A stretch of 64,000 nt of DNA, from assembly GCF_033153115.1 (NCBI RefSeq), contig NW_026889758.1:16616001-16680000 (forward strand), in the 5' to 3' direction. Both the position numbers and the translations under genes were made by a program. Positions 1 through 31,841 of the stretch are shown here, piece by piece. The notes below the pieces were generated by a model that was not told the origin of the DNA, searched no databases, and worked only from the letters and a program-made list of their open reading frames with translations. The first letter of the stretch is position 1; the number at the start of each line of letters is the position of its first letter. This stretch comes from Saccostrea echinata. Lineage: Eukaryota.

Positions 1-218
1 TTGAACACTAAATATTGTAATTTTTTGTTCACTTTTGTTTATTAGATCTATTATTCCCAATATACTTTTCTGTGTTGTAACTGATTTCATTGTGGCGGTG
101 GTCGTAATCTAATGATCGCTAGACCAAGATAAAGTTCAATAAAAGATTCACTTCTTCAGCAGAATGGAGTATAATTTTGTTATTTGAAAAACTTCAGTCA
201 GCTTTGATCAGAAAGAAA

Positions 219-19066
<18,848 letters not shown>

Positions 19067-20865
19067 CAGACAGTGAAACACACACTAACTACTATGGTTA
19101 AGAGAGCAAGCATACACCACCAAAGTGATAAAATGCACTGTGGTTCAGCAGCATTCAGGTCTATTGAAGGTTGGCAGAAGGATTCCAGCCAAACGGAAAC
19201 ACTGATCTCATCTGTGGGTATACAGCAGGTAGTCGGGGTGCTCTAATCTATCCCTGTGATTCATAAAGACTGGCTCTGCACATGCTGTGAGAAAGGATGC
19301 TTGAAGCATACGGCTTGTCTTGCATTGATGTGTTTTACTGCATAATGAACAAAAGTCTATACAACACACAAGAAACAGATGATGTACAATTTCTCTCTCT
19401 CTCTCCCCCATACCTTTGTTCTCTGTGATATTGAATGTTTATTGACTGTTTCCTAGTCTCTTTTATGTATGTATAGAAAACAGAGTTACTCACCAAAAAC
19501 ATAGTGCTATCTTGGTGTTCAGAGGGAAATTCTTATCTGCATGTGTTTGTAAGTCTTAGCATTATTGAATTGGTGGATTGATGAAAAGCTGGGATTCCGT
19601 GAAACAATGTTTTTACCTCTTTCAAATTGTAAATTTAATGTAAATTAAATCCACAAAGTGAAAATCAAATTAAAAAAGAAATAAAACATTCCTTGCCATT
19701 GCTGTTAATCACAATTTGAAAGGTTTGCATGTTTACGTTGTGATTTCTAAAGAAAGTATGGCTTTATTGAGTTAATAGGAATAGCATGTTATTTTTATCT
19801 GATTTAACTACATACAAGAAAATGATATTTTTTCTGCCTTATTATTATTATTTAAACATTTACAGTGAATGTTCAGTATTCAATCATGTTTTTAAGAAAA
19901 TACATTTTTTTGTGTTTATCGATTAATTTTGTCTGTATGTGTAGAAACTTGGCCTAATGTTTATGGCATACAAGAAAAACAAAATTGTGTGAATTGACAA
20001 GGGGCCATTTTTCACAGTTGTCTTCCATCAGATGTTCAGCTTTAGTTAAAGGAATAAATTCTACATTCCTGGAGGTATCACCTGCCTTGATTAAATTCAG
20101 AAATAGGAAAATGGATCAAATCCTAATCATTTGTGATATGAGTGATTGAAGAGTTTCAGAGTACTGGTGTCATGTAAAGCAGTTGTGAATGCTGTAATGG
20201 TTGTATCTATTATTAGAGAAAGTATATTTTTAAAAGCAGTAACAAGACTACTTGGAAATAGCTTCATGAACATTCTGTAAAGAGGAAATTAAAAATAAAA
20301 AAAAATATGCTGCATGTTCATTGAGTAAAAATTTTAATTGCTTTTATGGAATTTTTCCTTTTTGCTTAAAGAAGTAAGAACAATACAAGAAGGCAGCATT
20401 TTCTACAGATAAGTTTATGTCATGTTAATCTACAAATTATCACCATACCACAAAAACTAGGATTTCAAAATAGCAGGTATATTTTTGTTAGGTTTTTATT
20501 CTTGAAGGGATTGGCTTACTGTATTTTATGAAAGCATTTGCATTTCTTGTTAAATTTAACTGTTTGTCTTCAGCTTCCGTTTGACAAAATGGTGAAAGAA
20601 GAAACTGAATATTGTGTTGAATTTAATATTACCAAAAAATTATTTAATTTAACAAGGATGTATATATATATTACAGATTTTAAATTATTTATGAAGAAGT
20701 GGCCATTGCAGATATTTTGTTCTTATGATTTATTGGCATCATCTGTTTTTGTATATATGGTATGATGCTAGCTCATTTGATGATGTAAATGTATTTAACT
20801 GCAAATCCCCAACTGCATTTTATCCTTGTCAATGTTTTAGCATTGTAAAAAGTCGGTCATGTTTA

Positions 20866-20899
20866 AATAAAATGACATAAAACAGTGAAAAATAATAAA
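20866..20899 (+). terminator. Candidate polyadenylation signals of PPP4R3 (about 1.8-kb 3'UTR)
   Basis: AATAAA at 20866-20871 and 20894-20899, followed by the GT-rich stretch tttgtatgttgttttt. Earlier AATAAA hexamers also occur in the UTR. Confidence 0.4.
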
Positions 20900-21236
20900 A
20901 ATCATAAACGATATTTGTATGTTGTTTTTAGGCCACATGTTGGTGAAGGAAAAACATTTGCTATGTCCCAGGTGTATATCTGCAATCCAAGTTAAGGGTT
21001 AAAGTATACCCATTTTGCAGAAACTTCAATCTTGATGGGACAAACTTTCAATGGTGATGAATCTGGTACTACTATGTAAGTAAGATGGGTGAACAAGGTG
21101 AGCAAAATGTCTTGTGTGTGACAAATGACAAAGTGAAAAATCTCTATTATGACAAAATTTTCTTTGATATTTCATTTTAACCTGTACTTATGTTAAATCT
21201 CCGCAACTAGCAACAATCTTACAAAGATTAAGTTAT

Positions 21237-23731
21237 TAGCTCACCTCAACGAAGTTGGGGGAGCTTATGTAATACCCTCGGCGTTGGCGTCCAAGGTTAA
21301 GGTTTTTGGAGCAGTTTTCTTTTCAAGTACTTCTATGGCCTACATTAGTCAGAGATGCATGGAGGATGCTTCTAGTGTGTTTTATTGCTCCAGTCAAGGT
21401 TTCAGATGCTGCAATTTCAGCTAAAGAATGACCAGGTTAATGTTTTTGGAGCAGGTTAAAGTTTTTGGAGCAGGTCTCATTTCCAAGTAACTATAAGCCC
21501 TATATTGACCAAACTTGCATGGATGATACATCTAAGGATGCACACTACTGAACTTGCTTCGGATGCTGGATCTGACCTACATTTTCCGGATGAGTGACTA
21601 GGTTAAAGTTTTTGGAGTAGATCTCATTTCAAAGTAACTATAAGCTCTATATTGACCAAACTTGCATGGATGATACATCTAAGGATGCACACTACTGGAC
21701 TTGCTTCGGATGCTGGATCTGACCTACATTTTCCGGATGAGTGACTAGGTTAAAGTTTTTGGAGTAGATCTCATTTCCAAGTAACTATAAGCCCTATATT
21801 GACCAAACTTGCATGGATGATACATCTAAGGATGCACACTACTGGACTTGCTTCGGATGCTGGATCTGACCTAAATTTTTGGGATGAGTGACCAGGTTAA
21901 AAGTTTTTGGAGCAGATGTCATTTCCAAGTAACTATAAGCCCTATATTGACTAAACTTGCATGGATGATACATCTAAGGATGCACACCACTGGACTTGCT
22001 TCGGATGCTGGATCTGACCTATATTTTCCGGATGAGTAACCAGGTTAAAGTTTTTGGAGCAGATCTCATTTCCAAGTAACTATAAGCCCTGTATTGACTA
22101 AACTTGCATGGAAGATACATCTAAGGATGCACACTACTGGACTTGCTTCGGATGCTGGATCTGACCTGAAGAACGAGGGCGCTTTTGATTGGCATTCGGT
22201 AGGAATGTGGGCGCACTTGAAAAGTGAAAATTTCATTGATCTGTCACATGAAATTTTAGCATTCTTTTGATGTATCGGGTTCCTGTGAAATAGGAAAGGG
22301 AAATATTTTCCCGATATTGTATTTTGATTTGCTAAAAAAGAACTTGAAAGTTGGCTAGTTGAGTCATTTGGTACAAAATGTTACATTTTTAAACAGGTTT
22401 TTCTAAAAATTTGCTATCTCTGGGTCATCTCTCCATGATTTTGAAACGTTATTTGTGCGCATTTTAATTCAAAGAAACTAACAAACATTTGTAAAAAATG
22501 GAGAGAAGACCCAGAGACGATAAAAAAATGAACTTTTTCCAAAAAAATTCCAATGTGTAAATGCGGTGCTTCATTGTTGCTTTAAAAAGATTAAAGTCTG
22601 TGTAGCGGTGATAGCTCAGAACTATGCGTTACCCGTTCAGTGCAATGAAAAGGAAATATTTTTGGTTCGATCCTCGCATGGAGCGTTAATGTTTTTTTTT
22701 AGTACAAACAATCAATTCTTTTGTCAGTTTAATTTTATGAACTGATTTATTTTCAAATAGATAAATTCTGGTTCTGTTGCACCGAAAGAAAGCAATTCTT
22801 CCAACCTACTGATACTTTAATATATACAAGTATGTACTTGTAATTGCATTTAACTATATCCTATATGTGTTTATTACTGGTGTGAAGCGTTATAAAGTTT
22901 TAGATGTAGTAATTATTAAGATAAGCGGACTGATATATTAAATTTGGCAAAGTATTTCAAAATATTTACATTTCCAATGTCTTTGTCCGAGATAAAATTA
23001 CAAATTGTAAAAATACTTTATTTCTACATAAATCTACTGGTTCATCGATAGGCGCGGTTAAAAAAAATCACGTGCGGGGCGGGACAAATAGAGACAGAAG
23101 CGGGGCTATTAGCACGGGAATTTGCAGAATCAGGAGCATGTAAATATAAGGAATAACTGTCAGATTTTTTGGATTCATGACGATGATCAATCGATTGGCT
23201 TGCGTGATAATTTTATGCATAAACGCCTTCGGCGTTTATGCAAATTATCACGCAAGCCACTCGATTGATCACATCATGAATCCAAAAAATTAGACAGTTA
23301 TTCCTTAACTAAATGTAACATTTTCCCATGTGCGTGACTCTGTAAAGTATGTCCAGCTGTGGTCAGCCGACCAAATCGTAGACATTTAAACTATAAATGT
23401 TTCGTACGCCTTATTCCTGCATATCACACGCCAAACACGCCCATCTTCTTTTTAGGATGAGTGACCAGGTTAAAGTTTTTGGAGCAGATGTCATTTCCAA
23501 ATAACTATAAGCCCTATATTGACTAAACTTGCATGGATGATACATCTAAGGATGCACACTACTGGACTTGCTTCGGATGCTGGATTTGACTTACATTTTC
23601 TGGATGAGTGACTAGTATAAATGTTGCATCTAGGGATGCACACTCCTAGATTATTAGTTTAGTGTGGGACTTTGCCTTACTTAAAGACAACATTCGTTGA
23701 GGTGAGCTCTGTAATCTCTGATTACCTGTTT
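21237..23731 (+). mobile_element. HINE-like element with about 147-bp satellite units, interrupted by a 1.28-kb insertion (22168-23448)
   Basis: AGCTCACCTCAACGAA / TTCGTTGAGGTGAGCT subterminal IR; 3' hairpin GTAATC-tct-GATTAC; unit taactataagccctatattgaccaaacttgcatggatg... Confidence 0.85.
23147..23307. repeat. Near-perfect 160-bp palindrome (foldback MITE)
   Basis: TAAGGAATAACTGTC...GCATAAACGCC-TTC-GGCGTTTATGC...GACAGTTATTCCTTA. Confidence 0.9.
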
Positions 23732-23800
23732 CGTATATGAAATAGCATAATGATACACCAAAGAGGTTAAAAATGACCATTTCTTCATATTATAACGCAA

Positions 23801-24673
23801 TTTTTAGCTCACCTCGAGGTAGTCGAGATGAGCTTATGCTAATTCCACGGCGTTAGCGTCCCGGTCAGCGTTAGCGTCCCGGTTAAAGTTTTAGGAGCAA
23901 GTCCCATTCCCAAGTAACTATAAGCCCTACCTGGACCAAACTTGCATGGATGATGCATCTAGGGATGGACACTACCACACTTGCTTCGGATGCTGGATCT
24001 GACCTAGATTTTCCAGATGATTAACCAGGTTAAAGTTTTTGGGGCAGGTCCATTCCCAAGGAATTATAAGCCCTACCTGGACCAAACTTGCATGGATGAT
24101 GCATCTAGGGATGGACACTACCACACTTGCATCAGATGCTGGATCTGACCTAGATTTTCCAGATGAGTGACCAGGTTAAAGTTTTTGGAGCAGGTCTATT
24201 CCCAGGAAACTATAAGCCCTACCTGGACCAAATTTGCATGGATGATACATCTAGGGATAGACACTACCATATTTGCTTCGGATGCTTGATCTGACCTAGA
24301 TTTTCCAGATGAGTGACCAGGTTAAAGTTTTTTTGGAGCAGGTCCATTCCCAAGGAACTGTAAGCCCTACCTGGACCAAACTTGCATGGATGATGCATCT
24401 AGGGATGTACTCTAACTAACCTGCTTCGGATTCTGGATCTGACCTAGATTTTCCACATGAGTGAATTTTAGCCATATTTGAACCAAATTAGCATGGATGA
24501 TGATGTATCTAGAGATGGACACTTCCAGACTTGCTTTGGATTCTGAATCTAATATTGATGGATATTAATCTTCGGATGTACACTAACTAGGAAAAAATAT
24601 GATGTGAGATTTGCCTTACTTTCAGATAACATTCATCGAGGTGAGCTTAGTAATCTTTGATTACCTATGTTTT
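23801..24673 (+). mobile_element. Related HINE-like element with about 146-bp units
   Basis: AGCTCACCTCGA / TCGAGGTGAGCT subterminal IR; GTAATC-ttt-GATTAC hairpin; 4-5 units homologous to the upstream element. Confidence 0.82.
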
Positions 24674-26461
24674 CCATAGGAATGGATCTTCGCTTCATTT
24701 TTTTTGAAAGATTATACTAACAATGTACATTTTTTGGTCGACAAAGACAAAGCAAAAATTCACGCTACCTTAAAAATACACATTTATGACACAACATTTG
24801 TATCATTTGAAGTCCATTTAGTCGAGGGTCATATCACATGATTTAAAATCCAATATTTGTCGTAAGCTTCATAGCATAGTGGTTAGGCACTTCGCCCGCC
24901 TTGTTCACCAATCTTCTTTTCTAAATATGAGAAAATTAACTTGAAACAATTAGATTTTATATGGCTGTTAAATAATACATGGAGTGAATCAATCTCAGAC
25001 CAAAGGTCAAGCATGCACAGATGATCTTTGGTCAAGGTCAGGACAAACCCACAGCTCATAAATAAACCTTGAGTTAAGTATAAACTTTCAAGTCTTTTCA
25101 TTGGAATGTTATGTAGAGTGGGCACAAATTGCACTATTCCTCTAGCAATGACCTTGAACTTGTTCAAATGGCCTCAAATGGTCACGACACATTTCCTCAT
25201 TGTAAGCAATCTTAATAAAGTATGAACTTTCAATGGCTCTTCATTGAAATTTAATGGACCAAACAAGATTGTACGGACATATGGATGGATGGACCGATGG
25301 TCAAGGTGATTCTTATCCCCCCTCCAAGTTTCGTTTGTGGGGGATATAACATTCCCTTTGAAACTGAATGCATTTATTACTCAACAATAGTAAATTTATG
25401 AGTAAGCTTTGATCAGAACCAATATAACCAATTTTATGGATACTGTACATGTATTCAGTTTACCCCCACACCTTCAGAAAAGCTTATAGATGCCAGATTG
25501 ATACACAACAATATCGCTACGGAAATTTGGTTTTTGTTATTTTTGAGGAATAAGGTAATTCATCATTCTTTTAACAAATAAGGTAATCAAAATACATTAT
25601 CTCGTACCGAAAACATAATTATATATAGAAAAATGACTAAAAACCAGTGGATTTCCTTGGATACCAGTCTCTTCAAATGTCCAAAATAATTTTTACTTGT
25701 GTTTGAGTATTAGGTAGGAAAACATCAATTATATACCAAAAGCTTTTTGCACTGTCGAAATTTAACCAACTCTATAGACAATTGAAGCATCTTAAATGGA
25801 TTATACATTCCACCCTGAGAAAGGTTTTGCAATGAAGATTTTTGGCGTCTGATATCTTGATACTGTTCGTATACTTCGATATCTAAATTGCGCTCTCTGC
25901 AATTTCTTTTTCGAGTCAGTTATACGAATTCTTAAAGAAGCAAGGTTCCTGAACATATTCGAAAACGCCACGAGCTACATTTTGGCGTCGTCATTGTTGC
26001 GCCAACAGCTATTCTTAATGATTCATTTTACAGAGAGATAAATGTTATTTATAGAAAGATTTTATTGACATTTCTATGTAGTATTCAAAAGATGTTGATT
26101 ATTGTGCATGCCAACTTTTAACTTCATAATACATGTATTAGTGAAACAAAAAATATTGAAAATGTTCGAGTTTTTCTGGGTCAACCCCTACCTCTGGAAG
26201 ATTAATTTTTTCGGTACTTAGATATATGTATGTATATATTCTGAGCTATGGATGTTCTTTCCGATTTTGCACTACACTCCATGTTGTTATTTTCTTGAAA
26301 ACTTAATGGTCAATGAGCCGCAACATTGACCTTGAAATGCACAATACTCCAATTTTAAGTTAGAGGTTGGTGATTTTACAAGATGACATCAAAATGATTG
26401 TTCTCTTCTAGTTCTTACAGAGTCTGGATCAAATGTTGAAAGACACTTGTTATGACGATGG

Positions 26462-26569
26462 ATCTGTCTTTTATTAATTTTCGATCTAAAGTTGAAAATG
26501 ATTACATCACAAATTAATTTGTCATGTAGTCATTTTCAACTTTAGATTGAAAATTAATAAAAGACAGAT
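26462..26569. repeat. Near-perfect 108-bp palindrome
   Basis: ATCTGTCTTTTATTAATTTTCGATCTAAAGTTGAAAATGATTACAT ... ATGTAGTCATTTTCAACTTTAGATTGAAAATTAATAAAAGACAGAT. Confidence 0.9.
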
Positions 26570-27250
26570 AGACCCATATTAATGATTACAGTTTGTTCGA
26601 GAATAGTAGAATTTATATGCAAATAAAAGTGTGGTTTGCTTACTATTGATTTACATCCACTGAGTATTATCTCTGATTAATAAAACAAACAAACAAACTA
26701 AAACATTATCGTTTTTCAATACTTTAACGCCGCTTAACGATTTCGTGAGCAGTGGCTCTTCCATCAATGAAACATGCATTGTATGACGTACATATCGATA
26801 ATACAATACTTAAAAGTTCTTGATCTTCCTTTAAGTATTTAATACAGGCATAATTTTAAACAATAAACTTTGTTACTATGGGAATGAATGTTGTAAGCTG
26901 TCGAAGGGAAAAAAGTACATAATCCGCGATATGTGTTTTTCTTCAACAGCTGCAACAATATAATTCCCGAACTAACTACCAAAGAAAGCATTTTATTGTT
27001 TATTATATATTTTTTATCATGATAAAAATATCAACATTTCACGATTTATATTTTTGTTCTGTTTTTGGTTTGTTTACACCGATGTAAGACAGTGTAATAA
27101 GATGGATCGAGTCTCTGCGTCATGCCTATAAATTAAGTGTTATGACGATTCTAACCCACCATACGTAAATAGTGGTAAATCAAAAATTGATCATCTGTGA
27201 ACCGAAGTTTTAGGACATTAAGCATCACGTCAGGTAGATAAAATACAGCT

Positions 27251-30200
27251 ATGTCGGACCTCTCCCCTGCGACAGTTCTTGGTACCCTCGCGGCAGGTGC
27301 GCTTATTAAGCATCTGAGTGCTGCCTACATAGCTAGCAAAGACTTCGTGTACGTTGGTAAAATCTCTGAGCTGCACGTATGGCCAGTGAAATCATGTGGA
27401 GGGTTAAAAGTAGACAAAGGACAATGTGAACATACAGGGCTGTTTTATGGTGGAATCGGCGACAGGTAGGTTTTTACCTTCACTGCTGATCAGCGTACCT
27501 GACAACACGTGATTCAACATGTTGATTCATTTTATAATACTATGGAAGCACGGTCTACAATTTATAAGCTGCTGCTAGTACTATTCTGTAACAGTTAGAT
27601 GTATATTCTATCCAAACACAAGAAACTCTTTATATTGATGAAAGGATAATGGTTATGGTATAAGGCGTTTGTAAGATCACTAAATAATTATATAAAAGAT
27701 AAATTTATAAATAAATTAAATCGATCCTCTTTCTCTCTAATCAACAAGATAAATATGTTGAATTAATATACCAATTAACATTTTTTAAAATAGTGATGCG
27801 ATTCCATCAGAGCTATATAAGAATTAATCGTGACCAGCTCATTTTGCGAGTAAAATAATGGAATATTTATTCAACTGATTTGAGCCTACAGTGGAGCATC
27901 ATGATGTACCATGTCTAAAATCATAGGAATAAATAACAAAATAAAAAAAAATTGCATTGTGTAATGAACAGAGACTTCGCTGTCAATTCTAACAATATAT
28001 GAATTATATATACAAATAGTATATTTATATTGAATTTGTTGCAGTAATTTACTAGCAAACTAAATATACATGTATACCTATATATTGTGCATGTATGTTT
28101 TTTTCTTATATGGAAGTTCTCACTTAAATGTTGGCATAATAAAACAGCAAACTCAGAATCTTCATTTGACATAATCCATGTAAACAGGTCAAAATTCTTT
28201 AACAGTACTTTTATTTGGAAAAGTTTTATGTACTTAATTTTCCAAATCCTTGTAAAGAGCTGGTACGGATATCTTATTAAAATTTTAAAGATATACACGC
28301 TTTATAAACGCGATTTTTTATGTGAAACAAAATGATTAAATGATTTGAGAAACATGATGTGTAATAAAAAATAATTACTTTCCACAAAGTTTTACTAAAT
28401 AAGTCGTTGTAATTACAAAACAATTAAGCAAGATCTGCAATTAAGAATTCAGCCTATTCATGAATATTGATGAAGGAAGTGCGTAAATAGTATATAGACA
28501 CGCATATCCGCGGGAAATCAAAGACAACGAGGTACGTTGCATTTTGACTACTATTTTGAATAAAAGTTTATATCTGTCATTACAGAGTAGATGGTTAATA
28601 AAGGTTGTTTTCAAAGATAAGTACCTTTAAACATAAAACGTATGCCATCCATGTCAAAAGCTATTTTGTATACCAAACGGCCTACCTCGTTTTCTTGACG
28701 CCATTTTTGTTTATCAATCTAAAAGTAGCAACGGTGTCACATGATGCATGAATTTAAATATAGCATTACTTTCCTAGTAGGATAATAAATAATTATAATT
28801 TGAGATCTTTATAATGCGTTCATTTCCAATTGTGTAATTTACAAATATTTTCGTAACTTTATTTGGTAAACAAATAAATAAATTTCCAACTTTATTTTTA
28901 ACTAGCGCAAGTTATAGCGTGTATATCTTTAAGAAAGTACTACGTAATTGCTTTTTAAAGGTACAATTAAATTTGTTTTCACTTAATTTTTTGCAAAGGG
29001 ACAAATTAATATGTAGTTTTTCATTATAAAATAGCATACTGGAATACTAATTAATGGTGTTAGACCATTGACAGCTGTCTCTAGTAGGTAGATGTGTTTC
29101 CTAGTCTATACCAGTACATAAATGTCACAAAATAATGGATACCTTCCCAGTTCAGAATAGATTTTTTTATTTGTAGAAGTTTTTGATCCTCCCATTATAT
29201 ATTTACTGAATTTCATCTTGAGTTTTTTCTACATTTCAATCTTTAAATGTTCAAAAAGAGGGATACTTTTCCTTCTTGGAGTAACATTAATAACGCTCCA
29301 GTTCTTATTTTTTAAAGATTAATTAATTCTTTAATTTATGTAAAAGAAAACAAACCAAAATATTCACAACACAGTTTACATTTGAGTGATATTGCATTAA
29401 GACATTCAACCTTAAACCAGTCATAGATATGGTTTAAAGTATGTAAGACTGTTAGTTTTTATGGGCCGATTACCTTGAATATTGTGTTACTAACTTTAGA
29501 ACTGGAAAGTGACTGTGTATTGTAAATAAAAACTGAATTAATCCTGGGATAAGTTCATGTTTCTGTTAATTGTGTCCGTTTAGGACTTGGGTCATCGTCT
29601 CACCAGATGGCGGCTACGTCACTCAGAGACAGGAACCAAAGATGGCTCTCATCAAGATCCGTCTCCAAGGCAACATTCTAATCTTGGAAGCTCCTGGAAT
29701 GCCGACATTAGAGCTGCCCACCAAACCACAGACTATTAGATCGCAAGTCGGCAATGTTAAGTAAGAGTATAAATGAAATCAAAGGGCATTGGCTGTTCTT
29801 TTTAGCTCACCGTGGAAGTTCAATTTCTCCTCATATCCAATTTTTTTGAGGCTGATTTCTTTAATAAATATATTTATGCATTTAGAATTAAAGTGGACAC
29901 TACTGAGTTTTTGGACTGCGGGGAGAAGTCTGCCACCTGGATAAACAAATATCTTGGACGACAGGGGCTGAAAATTGGCTTCTCCGCGCCAGACCTTCAC
30001 AAGAGGGACGCCATAACAGCAGAGAAGCTGTGGAAGCATAATGCCAAAAAAGGCGACATGGTAAGTAAAGAAAAAAACCTGTAACTACTAAGTAGGCTTT
30101 GAAGAATCAAAGATGCCTACTGCAGTGAAGTTTACCATTTCTATTATAAATGAACCAAAGTTACTAGTAAGTTGAAAAGAAAAAAAAATAAAAAGGTATG

Positions 30201-31749
30201 TTTTGATATTTCATTAAAATGCAATGTGTATATTTTTTTATTTGTATGTTAAAGGGGCAAATTATAATTGATTGATTGTATGTTGTTTAACGTCCCATTC
30301 GAGAATATTTCACTCATATAGAGACGTCACCGTATGCCGGTGAAGGGCTCCAAATTTAGACCTATACTCGGCGCTGAGGGCCATTGAGCCGTGAGGGTTC
30401 TTTATCGTGCCAACGCCTACTGTGAACCGGGCCCTCGGTTTTTAGGTCTCATCCGAAAGACCCACGACTTTCACTTCTAGTGCCGGGCGCTTCGCGAAGG
30501 AACAGTCACTATCTATGTTTACGTCTTAGGTTTAACGCGGCGCGGCGAACGAAAATCGAACCCGGGCCTCCCGATCACGAAGCGAGCGAATTATGTTATG
30601 CCTATATTAAAAGATGTCTTACTCTTGTCTTGGATAAAGATGCTGTAAGATTGTCTATCTGTTACCAAGCATATAAGCACATGGCCGTAGGAACCGTGTG
30701 TGTGTGTGTGGGGGGGGGGGGGCTTGAGGGGACCCTGCCCTCCCCCTAATAATTTTGCCGATATATAGAATATTATAGAAAACATAGCTACTATATGCTT
30801 GTGCCCCCTCAATAATAACAGCTGATGACTTTTTTTGCTTGTTAAAGAATTTTTGAATTTTTGGTAGTGCCCCCAACTGAAAATGTTTGCTTGTGTCCCC
30901 CAAAACTGAAATTGTTTATTATGGGCCTGAAGCATGCTGTATACCAACCTAAACCCCTTCAGTTCCACAGTAGACTTTCTAGATAATCAATAATCATCCT
31001 CTGTTCCACAGCTGGCTTTCTGTACATTATAAAGACTCATCCTACTTCAGTTTCTCCAGAAAATCAATACTCGACCACTGTTTCTGTAGATTATCAAATC
31101 TTAACCTCTTTTTTGTAGATTATCAATGCTCGTCCACTGTTTCTGTATATTATCAATAAACGTCTTCTGTTTTATCAGTACTCGTCCTCTGGTTTATCAA
31201 TAATCGTCCTCTGTTTCTGTAGATTATCAATACTCGTCCTCTGTTTCTATAGATTATCAATACTCGCCCTCTGTTTCTGTAGATTATTAATACTCGCCCT
31301 CTGTTTCTGTAGATTATCAATACTCATCCTCTGTTTCTGTAGATTATCAATACTCACCGTCTGTTTCTGTATATTATCAATATTCGCCCTCTGTTTTATC
31401 AATACTCGCCGTCTATTTCTGTAGATTATCAATACTTGCCGTCTGTTTCTGTAGATTATCAATACTTGTCCTCTGTTTCTGTAGATTATCAGTACTTGTC
31501 CTTTGTTTCATCAATACTCACCATCTGTTTCTGTAGATTATCAATACTTGCCGTCTGTTTCTGTAGATTATCGATACTCATCCTCTGTTTCTGTAGATTA
31601 TCAATAAGTACTCGCCGTTGTTTCTGTAGAATATCAATACTCGTCCTCTGATTCTGTAGATTATCAATACTCGTCCTCTGTTTCTGTAGATTATCAATAC
31701 TCGTCCTCTGATTCTGTAGATTATCAATACTCGTCCTCTGTTTCTGTAG

Positions 31750-31841
<92 letters not shown>

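Noticed and set aside
22603-22690. tRNA gene
   Set aside because: Only A/B-box-like remnants; no convincing cloverleaf.
31247-31651. ORFs in the 30-bp minisatellite
   Set aside because: Repeat-derived, with no start context or splice support.
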